From a virus (lineage: Duplodnaviria > Caudoviricetes): 41,367 nt of DNA. Below, piece after piece: positions 26,901 to 34,016 of this stretch. The first letter of the stretch is position 1; each line of letters opens with the position of its first letter. Below the pieces are notes generated by a model, which worked only from the letters and a program-made list of their open reading frames with translations, did not search any database and had not been told where the DNA came from. The position numbers were made by a program, and so were the translations under genes. The stretch covers positions 1-41,367 of IMG/VR virus record IMGVR_UViG_3300021121_000008; one strand, written 5' to 3'.

Positions 26901-27842
26901 AGTGCCAGATGTATAGCTCGCCACGTTGTACTGCGCCGAGCCGACGAGAACCGTTCCGCGACCAAATGCGGTTGGCCACGCCGCCAGCAATGAAACTTGA
27001 GTGGGGCTTCCGGTGGTGGAGTTCGTACTTACAAACTGACCCACTGCCGGAGCAACGAAATTTGTGTTCGTGGTGCCGAGGTATATCGGATTAGGCCCAA
27101 GCGAGCGACGAGAATTAGACCCATCCCAAAACACGGGGAGATTAACCCCATCGTTCCATATCACAAACTGCTCCGCCTGCCAAAGCCAGTTCTGCGGCTC
27201 AGTTTGAGAATTTCCGGTAGTCTCAACAATTGAAACCGTCACAACCGCGTTGGCAGCCCCTTTCAGATACAGCACCTGACCGCTGGCCGATGCCGGTATG
27301 ACCGCCGGAAAATTATTGTAAATACCCGGCGCGTCGGCGTTGAAGGCTGTCACCGCCCACTGTGAATCATTTGCGCCGGAAGTGATTTTGTAAGCAACCC
27401 CGGAGGCTAAATTTAAAGTGTATATCCCGGTCGCGGAATAGTTGCCAATCAGCAAAACGCTCGGCGGGGCAATTTGTGAAACAGAGGCCGTCGCACTGTT
27501 GCCGCTTCCGTCGGCGGCATCGTTATTCGGATAAATTTTAAACAAATTTCCGCCAATCGCGGCCATAATATAGCCATCGCTCCCCTTCCGGTAATAGCAG
27601 CATCCCTGAAAAATACCCGTTTGAAAATTGGCTGCAACATTGGCGGCGGTGTAGCCGTCCCCGTCAATCGGAGAAATGCTCACATTGTTAAAACAGGGTC
27701 GCTGCAACGCAAAATCGCCACGAACGGAAACATTGACTGCGTAGGAAAGCTGGTCAATCGACAGAAGCAGCGGGTCGGTATTCGAGTTTATCCCTTTCGG
27801 AAAGGCTCGAAGCATTGAATATAATGGTTTCCCTATCGCCAT
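23961..27842 (-). CDS. Putative tail nozzle/stabilisation protein with a large T/S/G-rich insertion
   Basis: N-terminal FPKGINS..DP..L..DQ..YAVN..VRG and a propeller-like C-terminal region flanking ~600 aa of beta-rich sequence. Confidence 0.6.
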   Translation of the reverse strand: MAIGKPLYSMLRAFPKGINSNTDPLLLSIDQLSYAVNVSVRGDFALQRPCFNNVSISPIDGDGYTAANVAANFQTGIFQGCCYYRKGSDGYIMAAIGGNLFKIYPNNDAADGSGNSATASVSQIAPPSVLLIGNYSATGIYTLNLASGVAYKITSGANDSQWAVTAFNADAPGIYNNFPAVIPASASGQVLYLKGAANAVVTVSIVETTGNSQTEPQNWLWQAEQFVIWNDGVNLPVFWDGSNSRRSLGPNPIYLGTTNTNFVAPAVGQFVSTNSTTGSPTQVSLLAAWPTAFGRGTVLVGSAQYNVASYTSGTAGGLATLVLLQLTGNSSDTIGDSVIAPTPALKTSTQYCGAILSAANVSVASANWTGTTWPPTPSGGTSGLTQIAIKILQPASVQASTITPDETFLTGFFQYCGVIQSATANGTATTVVPPLPVAASYASGVSLTIPPHTATNVHGQYYGSTSLAYINVGSLLSCGGAVLTVTSVTFTAYQGVTACVCNVTSASGSSNIYCGTVTIPSTGGDSSATFSGNNQLLYSPSVANQIVLTLSDTSPVISDGNQLVLLNSSNTTIATLSVVASGVGSGGVITCQTVSGVGATIPTNCLVQNSQGTGSTTYGTVTAQTPNVNVSDGMAIVLTSDVSLPVGKIVQFFSTPTGGGTQNIIAVVTSSTNGTYGAQANQFTLTLSQANSFVAGDTLQVGQNDSTHIPAQLYVVNAVSAYVVKCYMLNTPTVSSIPITTNPTLNSIVQKTSGTASTASVGNYPPASYQGQTFTAIPVSTATSATGGTPVQNNTAAVGDVIQIQVKSSVTSLIATDLFYVVSVSGGSGSTGTSPSITLQNINDTAGNDVAAGTPIYALPELPQGRMGCYGMGRNWMAVTDGTNCNSFVASDIVGSSGGSDEYGFSDAVLKVSQNYALANGTTFKISGAGEQIRAMQFCAQLSVSLGQGPLQIFTDDTVFSCQAPSDATTWATLSSPIVTDGLIGSGGISQDAVLQSNSDLIFRLSDGGVQSMLMATLDFNRWGNTPISNEINRLIQNDDPTLLPYCSLVNYQNRALMTCNPTQQPRGVVHASIASLNYDPISSMAGKTPSVWEGQWSGPAVTNLADGTESIQNLSWQGLNILKLITGWFNGSRKCFALCLSPGGQIQISQILPDKYERNDNTNIPVSWAMTSAFIFNAEQHHIYKRLDDGEIYLKNIGSGGVAYWVFYKADQNTTWTLWYNSTIAYQPNDSGFRPRVGLGQPDGNAFDITNNQPLREGYNFQLLIVFTGKCTFLGGRFSAVEIPQPQFATPQ

Positions 27843-27843
27843 A

Positions 27844-28839
27844 TCATTTTCGTACCCAAACGCCGTTGCTGCTCACGAACAAAAAACCCGGCGAGTTGGT
27901 CGCCGTGGCAATGTAGGTATAGTTCGTATTAACCGGTGGTAGGGTGTTCGTCGTGCTCCAAATAATCATGTTGCCGTTGGTGATAGAAAGCGTGTTCAGA
28001 TTGGTCGTCACGACGGTTGTCGCGGTTGCGGTAACGGTTGAGAGATTCGTGGAGATTGAAACGGAATCATTGTTCGTCAGCGTGTACACCGTTGGCACCC
28101 GGTCAGTCGCCAGACCGATTGACTGATAGCCGTTTGTCTGCGCGGGGGACATGCTGCCAAACTGGTCAAAATGCCACCAGCGAGTTGCCGTACCGGAGCT
28201 ATTGGTTGCGCCAGCGATATACACGTCAGACGCGCCGCCGGTATTGCCAGCGTAACCGCCGAGGTCGAGGAATAGTTGCTGCGAGCCGGTTGTAAGGTAG
28301 CCCCAAATAGCGTAGTTCAAAGACGGGCCGGAGGAGGCGTAAGGGAACGCTTGGAATAGGTAGCGGTGGGTGTTGTTTGCGGTGACACCGCTGCCGCCAC
28401 TGTCGGCACCCGCGAGCGAACCTTGGTTTTGGAGGCTGACCTCCGAAATAAACGTGTCGAGTTGTCCTGGGCCACCGAAAATCTGGCTGTTTGTCAGGCT
28501 GGGGACATTGGTCGGATTGTACGAGTAGTTCCCGCCCGCCGTGTTCGTAAGCGAGTTGGCGACAATATTGGTCGGGTAGTAACCCCCGCCGCCGGATGCG
28601 GTGGAGGAAATGAACATCACCGAGTTGGTCGAGATATTTGTCACCGAGCCGACGATGTTGGTCGTGTAGTAGTTGGTGACATTAAAAAGGATGTTGGTCG
28701 AGGCGACGACTTTCGGGTAGTTGGTGCCAAAACCAAACGAGGAAATAACGTTCGTGAGGTCGTAAAATGACGGATTCGCCGCACGGGTCAGGGCGGGAAT
28801 AAAAAGCGCGAGGACGAGGATGAGGATGAGTTTTTTCAT
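27844..28839 (-). CDS. Signal-peptide, Thr-Asn-rich fibre-like protein (331 aa)
   Basis: MKKLILILVLALFIPALTRA signal; about 20 TN dipeptides; C-terminal LFVSSNGVW module. Confidence 0.65.
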   Translation of the reverse strand: MKKLILILVLALFIPALTRAANPSFYDLTNVISSFGFGTNYPKVVASTNILFNVTNYYTTNIVGSVTNISTNSVMFISSTASGGGGYYPTNIVANSLTNTAGGNYSYNPTNVPSLTNSQIFGGPGQLDTFISEVSLQNQGSLAGADSGGSGVTANNTHRYLFQAFPYASSGPSLNYAIWGYLTTGSQQLFLDLGGYAGNTGGASDVYIAGATNSSGTATRWWHFDQFGSMSPAQTNGYQSIGLATDRVPTVYTLTNNDSVSISTNLSTVTATATTVVTTNLNTLSITNGNMIIWSTTNTLPPVNTNYTYIATATNSPGFLFVSSNGVWVRK

Positions 28840-28840
28840 G

Positions 28841-29074
28841 TCAGACCCATTTTTGGGAAACGTAATTCCAAGTGTAGGTTGAGCCAATGCCGAGGATGTC
28901 GTAGCAGGTGGCCGGGAGGTTGAGATATGGCGGGACGATGTTCGCGGTGGTTGGATTCGTCTGGGTCGCGCTGTTGTAGGATAGCTGCGGATTAGACGGG
29001 GGTTGCGCTGCCGGACTGCCGGGGGTTGAGCAGCAGGCGTTATCCGTACACGGCCATGTTGAAAATTGAGACAT
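28841..29074 (-). CDS. Small putative virion protein (77 aa)
   Basis: ATG with AAAATT context; ends YTWN...KWV; first gene of the tail operon. Confidence 0.55.
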   Translation of the reverse strand: MSQFSTWPCTDNACCSTPGSPAAQPPSNPQLSYNSATQTNPTTANIVPPYLNLPATCYDILGIGSTYTWNYVSQKWV

Positions 29075-29124
29075 AATTTTACAAAGTCTTGCTTTTACGG
29101 TAGGCTCTAATCGAATTATGTCAA
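29075..29124. promoter_or_regulatory. Overlapping divergent promoter candidates for terminase (+) and tail operon (-)
   Basis: + strand TTTACA-N17-TAGGCT; - strand TTGACA-N16-TACCGT; only 43 bp between the divergent ATGs. Confidence 0.5.
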
Positions 29125-31928
29125 TACACAAGTATGGCCTGACTTGGGCCAACGAGTACGAGCCTTTAGACATCGAATTTCACTGTATCCGTAAAGGGGC
29201 CGCGTGGTGCGCCAAAAATGGCACGAGTTTGTTTGACCACTACAAGGCCGCGCAGATGATTTTGTGGCCGGACGACCATCACCACCGATGGTCGGATTTG
29301 ACACTCAAAAGCATCCTCGACAACCAAGTGACGGTTCTAATGGGGCCGGGCGATAGCAACAAAACGTATAGCATGGTGCGTTTTGCGCTCGTGGACTTTT
29401 TTGCGTTTCCGAATAACACGCTCTCAATCGTGTCCTCAACGGACTCTCGCGGCCTTGAATTGAGAATTTGGGGCAAGATGAAAGACCTGTTTAATCGCGC
29501 CAAGGAATTTAGGGACGACCTCCCCGGCGTGGTTGTGGACTACCTGAAATGTATCACACCAGACGAAATTGACGAATCCGGCCAGCGGGCGCGGACGATT
29601 AACAAGGGAATCATTTGCGTGCCGTGCGTTGCGACTGGCGACAATTCCGGCCTCGGTCGCTACATCGGGATTAAGCCCCCAAACTCACCCGGCAAACATG
29701 ACGGGCGGTTGCGGCATTATGGGGATGAGTGCTTTCCAGCCGGGACTTTGGTTGATACGCCATCCGGCCCGGTCGCCATCGAAAAACTCAAAGTTGGCGA
29801 TTCGGTATTGAACTGCCTTGGCGAGTGCAAAGTTACGGCAACCATGAAAAGAACGTCGAGCGAGCTTGTTAAAATCAAGCTACGCGACGGGCGGCAAATT
29901 GTCTGTACGCCGAATCACCCAATCCTTACAAAAACGGGATGGGCAAATGCTATTGACATACATTCCAAAGACGTGATAGTGTCAACCCATGAAGCAATGT
30001 CTATCATGTGGGGTGAGTCTAGCGAATACGGGCTACAAGAAATTTTGCAGTCCGAAGTGTCAAAAGAAATCTTGGGAAAAACCGTGCAAGGGGTGCGGCA
30101 TAATTTTTTATCCATCGGAAAAGAGGGTTCAGTTTCATTCCAAAAGCTGCAATGCGGCTTGGAAAATGAAGCAGCCGGAAATTGTTCTGAAAATGATTCA
30201 GTCGAAAGACCTGCAAGCCATAGGGAAGAAAATCAGCGCGGGAATCAGGAAAAACGAATCGGATATGGCACGCCGCAAAATAACGTGCCGCGAGATGGCG
30301 AAAAAAGTTTGGGCCAGAAAAAAGGCAAATGGGGAGCCGCCTTACGGATGTTGTGGGGCCGGTCACAAAATGACCAAAGCGGAGGACGTATTTTCGTCCC
30401 TGTTTCCAGAAGCGAAGTACAATTACGTCGTTCCAACTGGACTGAGTTCAAAACTTGGAAACCCTCAACTTTACAGGCTGGACTTCGCATTTTTGGACAA
30501 AATGCTTTGCGTCGAATTGGATGGAAGTCATCACTGGACGCCCAAGCAAAAAGCAAAAGACTTGGCGAGGGATGCTTTTCTGAAAGCGTCGGGGTGGACA
30601 GTGTTGAGATTTACAAACAAGGAGATGCTTCAAAACCCGACGGAAGTTGTGCGAGTTGTGAGGTCTATAATTTGTCCGTCTCCGGCCACCCCAGCTATTC
30701 CGTAAACGGTCTGGCAGTTCACAATTGCCAAGCGATGAAACCGACTTTCCTCGACGCCTATTCCAACTGGATGGGTAAGCCTGACTTTAAAGGCGTCATG
30801 TCTGGAAACCCGACGGACACCCTAGACCCATTAGGAAAAGCCGCCGAGCCTTTGGACGGTTGGGATAATTTTCCAGAGCCAAAGAAAACAACAACTTGGC
30901 GCAGCCGGTTTTACAATGCTTGCGTGGTGAATCTAGTCGGCTCCGATTCCCCAAATTTTGATTACGACAGAAACCAGCCGCCGAAGTTTCCTGAATTAAT
31001 TTCTTGGCTCAAAATCGAAGCCGTCGCAAAGACTTGGGGCAAGGATTCAATTCAGTATTACTCGCAGTGTATTGGGGTAATGAAACCCGGTTTCGACGGC
31101 AAACGGGTAATTACTCGCGAGCTTTGCCGGGCTAACCGTGCGTCAGAGCAGGTTATTTGGGACGGCGGCGAACGAACCCAAGTTTACGCTATTGACCCCG
31201 CTTATGGCGGCGGTGATAGGTGTTCCGCCCTGCATGTTGAATTTGGCGTTTCCACAGAGGGGGTTCAAACCATCTTGATGCACGAGCCGAAAATTATTCC
31301 GATAAATGTCAATTTGGCCGAGTCGCCGGAGGAGCAGATTGCAAGGTTTGTTTACGCGGACACCGTTGAGCTTGGGATTCCGAGCGAGAATATATTCTAT
31401 GACGCTTTCGGAAAAGGTACGGTAGGGTTTTCGTTCGCAAAAGTGTTCGGCCTAAATCCGCCAGTTCCGGTTGAGTCAGGCGGAAGCCCTTCCGCTCGCC
31501 CGGTTCGCCACGACCTGTTTGTAACAGACAAGAACGGCACAACGCGATTGAAGCGATGCGACGAGCACTATAAAAAGAAGATTTCCGAGCTTTGGTTTTC
31601 CGTTCGGTACATTATCGAGTGCGGGCAGATGCGAGGCATGACCCAAGAAACGATTGACGAAGGTTGCCTGCGCGAATACATGGTTGTTGAAAACGGAAAG
31701 TTTGAAGTCGAGTCCAAAAAGGACATGAAGGAACGGATTGGCCGCTCCCCCGACTTGATGGACGTTGCCGCGATTGCTTGTGAAGGTTGCCGCCAGCGTG
31801 GATTTAAAATCCGCCGACTCAATGAAGATTCCCAAGACTCAAAGCCGAATCAGCTTTTGGAATGGTACTTGCAGGGCCAAAAAAAGGCGCAGCAGGATAG
31901 AACCCGCTACGCCTTGAAACGGACTTAA
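29118..31928 (+). CDS. terL: Terminase large subunit containing an intein (about 604 aa after splicing)
   Basis: P-loop-like GPGDSNKT, Walker B HYGDE, coupling motif SGNP, nuclease AIDPAYGGGD and RSPD..D. Confidence 0.85.
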   Translation: MSIHKYGLTWANEYEPLDIEFHCIRKGAAWCAKNGTSLFDHYKAAQMILWPDDHHHRWSDLTLKSILDNQVTVLMGPGDSNKTYSMVRFALVDFFAFPNNTLSIVSSTDSRGLELRIWGKMKDLFNRAKEFRDDLPGVVVDYLKCITPDEIDESGQRARTINKGIICVPCVATGDNSGLGRYIGIKPPNSPGKHDGRLRHYGDECFPAGTLVDTPSGPVAIEKLKVGDSVLNCLGECKVTATMKRTSSELVKIKLRDGRQIVCTPNHPILTKTGWANAIDIHSKDVIVSTHEAMSIMWGESSEYGLQEILQSEVSKEILGKTVQGVRHNFLSIGKEGSVSFQKLQCGLENEAAGNCSENDSVERPASHREENQRGNQEKRIGYGTPQNNVPRDGEKSLGQKKGKWGAALRMLWGRSQNDQSGGRIFVPVSRSEVQLRRSNWTEFKTWKPSTLQAGLRIFGQNALRRIGWKSSLDAQAKSKRLGEGCFSESVGVDSVEIYKQGDASKPDGSCASCEVYNLSVSGHPSYSVNGLAVHNCQAMKPTFLDAYSNWMGKPDFKGVMSGNPTDTLDPLGKAAEPLDGWDNFPEPKKTTTWRSRFYNACVVNLVGSDSPNFDYDRNQPPKFPELISWLKIEAVAKTWGKDSIQYYSQCIGVMKPGFDGKRVITRELCRANRASEQVIWDGGERTQVYAIDPAYGGGDRCSALHVEFGVSTEGVQTILMHEPKIIPINVNLAESPEEQIARFVYADTVELGIPSENIFYDAFGKGTVGFSFAKVFGLNPPVPVESGGSPSARPVRHDLFVTDKNGTTRLKRCDEHYKKKISELWFSVRYIIECGQMRGMTQETIDEGCLREYMVVENGKFEVESKKDMKERIGRSPDLMDVAAIACEGCRQRGFKIRRLNEDSQDSKPNQLLEWYLQGQKKAQQDRTRYALKRT
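29953..29980 (+). promoter_or_regulatory. Promoter candidate inside the intein: TTGACA-N16-GATAGT, 8 nt before the nested ATG
   Basis: Same geometry as other promoter candidates in this genome; TTGACA..TGTCAA inverted pair at 29953-29985. Confidence 0.5.
29989..30705 (+). CDS. Nested +1-frame endonuclease: two Zn-finger repeats + Vsr/DUF559-like PD-(D/E)xK domain
   Basis: CxxC..FCSxxC and CxxC..FHSxSC; YRLDF.....LCVELDGSHH......D..RD.FL...GWTVLRF.N. Confidence 0.85.
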   Translation: MKQCLSCGVSLANTGYKKFCSPKCQKKSWEKPCKGCGIIFYPSEKRVQFHSKSCNAAWKMKQPEIVLKMIQSKDLQAIGKKISAGIRKNESDMARRKITCREMAKKVWARKKANGEPPYGCCGAGHKMTKAEDVFSSLFPEAKYNYVVPTGLSSKLGNPQLYRLDFAFLDKMLCVELDGSHHWTPKQKAKDLARDAFLKASGWTVLRFTNKEMLQNPTEVVRVVRSIICPSPATPAIP

Positions 31929-33199
31929 CGACGACCGGAAGCCAGCCGTTCAATCGCGGCGTCGAGGGACGCCATGCTACTCATCGGGGCAGTCGGCTTG
32001 GAGCCGCTACCGCCGTTGTCAGGGGTTGACCTTTTGAACGCGGCGAGTTGTTTTTCAAGTTCGGAAATTTTTGATTCGAGCGACCGGGTTTTGAGGACTT
32101 GCCGGTCAAACGCGCCCGCCTTGTTCACAATCGCGGCGTGGAGTTTCGCCATCTCGACCGGAGGCAGCTTGCCGTTTACCATGCGCTCCTGAATCCATTG
32201 GGGGAGCTTGGCGACGTCGGTGGCTTCAATGGTTCCGAACGCGAGTTTGGCGAGTGCAAAGCCTGATTCCAGCGCGGCGTTGCCCTTGTCGTCGCCTTCG
32301 GCTGGCGCGAACAGGTGGGGATATTTCGTCACCCCTTCGGCGGCGGTTTCCTTGAACGCTTTGAGAATTTCGCCGGATTCCTTTGTCCTGGCCTCCATGC
32401 GGGCTTTTTCCATCTCGCCCGCCTTGGTCTTGTAGGTCGCCAAAGCGTTTTCCTTGGCCTTCCATGCGGCCAGCGTCTTTTCCGAGGCGGCGAGGACTTG
32501 CTGGGCCTTGATGCCGGTGCCAAATAGTTCCTCAATCTTGTCAGCGCGTTCGTTGATGTCCGTGATGGCGACGATGGCGTCAAAGTCCTCCGGTTTAGCC
32601 TGCCGGATTTCGCCGGTCGTCGGGTCGGTGACTTTTAACAGCGCGACAGTCTCGCGGGACTCCTTGTAGGTGTCGAAAAACGGTTGCTCGTACTGTTTTT
32701 TGTACTCCTCAGACTTGGTGTAGTCAACGAACTTAATGTGCTCCTCAAGTTCGTTGCGGCGTTTTTCGGCGGCGGCTACTTTGTCCTCGTAGTCTTTTTT
32801 CTCCTCCGGGGTCAGGCTGGTCGGTTTGGCCTTTTCGAGTTCCGCGAGTTTTTTCTCGTATTCCGCCAGCTTGGCCTTGCTCGCCTCGTAGGCTTGGCGC
32901 AGGGTTGCCGCCTTCTCCGGCTTGGCCTTTTCAGCCGGTTTTTCGACCGGCTTCTCTGCGGGCTTTTCGGCGGGTTCGTCACCTTCCGGCTTTTCGGTCG
33001 GTGCAACCGGCTTGGACGGCTCGGTGTCGCTCTCGCCGTGCGACTTGTCGGGCGGGGCTTCCCCCATCATTTTATCGAGGTTGGCGAAAGCGTCGTTGAG
33101 GTTCGGGGTTGAACGCTGACCGCCGGGGAGTTCAATCGGCGCAGCCGGGGCGGCAGGCGCGGCGGTGGCCGTGGCGTCGGGGGTAAGGAGGATTCGCAT
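31925..33199 (-). CDS. Putative capsid scaffolding protein
   Basis: P/E/K-rich disordered N-terminus, long coiled coils, short C-terminal helix; downstream of portal. Confidence 0.65.
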   Translation of the reverse strand: MRILLTPDATATAAPAAPAAPIELPGGQRSTPNLNDAFANLDKMMGEAPPDKSHGESDTEPSKPVAPTEKPEGDEPAEKPAEKPVEKPAEKAKPEKAATLRQAYEASKAKLAEYEKKLAELEKAKPTSLTPEEKKDYEDKVAAAEKRRNELEEHIKFVDYTKSEEYKKQYEQPFFDTYKESRETVALLKVTDPTTGEIRQAKPEDFDAIVAITDINERADKIEELFGTGIKAQQVLAASEKTLAAWKAKENALATYKTKAGEMEKARMEARTKESGEILKAFKETAAEGVTKYPHLFAPAEGDDKGNAALESGFALAKLAFGTIEATDVAKLPQWIQERMVNGKLPPVEMAKLHAAIVNKAGAFDRQVLKTRSLESKISELEKQLAAFKRSTPDNGGSGSKPTAPMSSMASLDAAIERLASGRR

Positions 33200-33201
33200 A
33201 G

Positions 33202-33558
33202 TCAGTTATTTTGCGGCGGCAGAGGTTCGATTTCCGGGGCCGGGGCGGGCGCAGCCGGGGCTTCCGGCTTGGGTTGTTGCGCGGCCTCAATTTGCTTGGC
33301 GGCATCATTCAGGATTCGCGCCACACAGGGGATGCAGACCGGGACGGGCGAGAACGCCTTTTTGCCGGACACGTCAACGCCGTGGTTGCAAAGCTGTATG
33401 AACAGGGCCGCGCTTCCGGCTTGGTTGTAAAGCTGGTACAGGTAGCCGGGGTAGGGCGAGATTTGCGCAAAACAAATTCGGCATTGAACCGGAGGCTCCA
33501 AGATCGGCTTTTCAGACCCGTCGGAGGTTTCCACTTGTAAGTTGAGTTGGTTTTTCAT
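33202..33558 (-). CDS. Hypothetical Zn-binding protein (CxxC, C, CxxC)
   Basis: ORF between portal and scaffold. Confidence 0.6.
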   Translation of the reverse strand: MKNQLNLQVETSDGSEKPILEPPVQCRICFAQISPYPGYLYQLYNQAGSAALFIQLCNHGVDVSGKKAFSPVPVCIPCVARILNDAAKQIEAAQQPKPEAPAAPAPAPEIEPLPPQNN

Positions 33559-33775
33559 TGTCGGTTTTTAGATTTTCGAGAGTGTCGAGAAAGGCTTGCG
33601 CTCCTTGGCGACGGTAATCGTTAGCGGCTGCATCCTCGATGGATGAAGGCTTTTGGAGAAGGCTCATAAAATGCAACATCGCCGCATCTTTAGCCGCCTG
33701 AAATTGCACGGAATCAATGACGTTTTGGAAGCCCTTGGAAATATCCGAGGCGCGGAACTTTTCGCGGTAGGTCAC
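33512..33775 (-). CDS. Small helical head-module protein (87 aa)
   Basis: RQGAQAFLDTL motif resembling small proteins found between portal and scaffold. Confidence 0.6.
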   Translation of the reverse strand: MTYREKFRASDISKGFQNVIDSVQFQAAKDAAMLHFMSLLQKPSSIEDAAANDYRRQGAQAFLDTLENLKTDNEKPTQLTSGNLRRV

Positions 33776-33981
33776 TTTTTACCTCCACGGGAAACTGCCG
33801 CTGACTTGCCGACGATTTTTTGCGTCATCTTTTTGGAGATGGAGTTTGGCCCCTTTTTCTTCCGGCCGCCGGAAGCCTCGTCGGCTTTTTGGTTGGCGAG
33901 CTTGAATAGCAGCGAGCCAGCCTTGAAGGGGTTCATCCCTTCTGGGTATCGTATGCCGGGGTTGTAAACTGGGTCGCTCAT
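33772..33981 (-). CDS. Small basic protein (69 aa)
   Basis: K-rich; preceded by a promoter candidate. Confidence 0.55.
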   Translation of the reverse strand: MSDPVYNPGIRYPEGMNPFKAGSLLFKLANQKADEASGGRKKKGPNSISKKMTQKIVGKSAAVSRGGKK

Positions 33982-33988
33982 TTCTTAG

Positions 33989-34016
33989 ACCTTAACCTTT
34001 CCACTGATTTTGTCAA
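33989..34016 (-). promoter_or_regulatory. Promoter candidate TTGACA-N16-TAAGGT, 7 nt before ATG (leaderless)
   Basis: Minus strand reads TTGACAAAATCAGTGGAAAGGTTAAGGTCTAAGAAATG. Confidence 0.6.

Larger units (their letters stand above)
29730..30725 (+). mobile_element. Intein (332 aa, residues 205-536) inserted right after Walker B
   Basis: GDE|CFPAGTLV block A, CTPNHP block B, VYNLSV...NGLAVHN|C blocks F/G. Confidence 0.95.

Noticed and set aside
29989-30705. Nested nuclease explained as two compensating sequencing frameshifts
   Set aside because: Both frames are open over the full 717 nt, the nested ORF has its own ATG and stop, and its motifs overlap intein block F; not fully excluded without reads
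32900-33010. EKPA/EKPV short repeats in the scaffold gene
   Set aside because: Ordinary low-complexity protein linker, not a DNA repeat element
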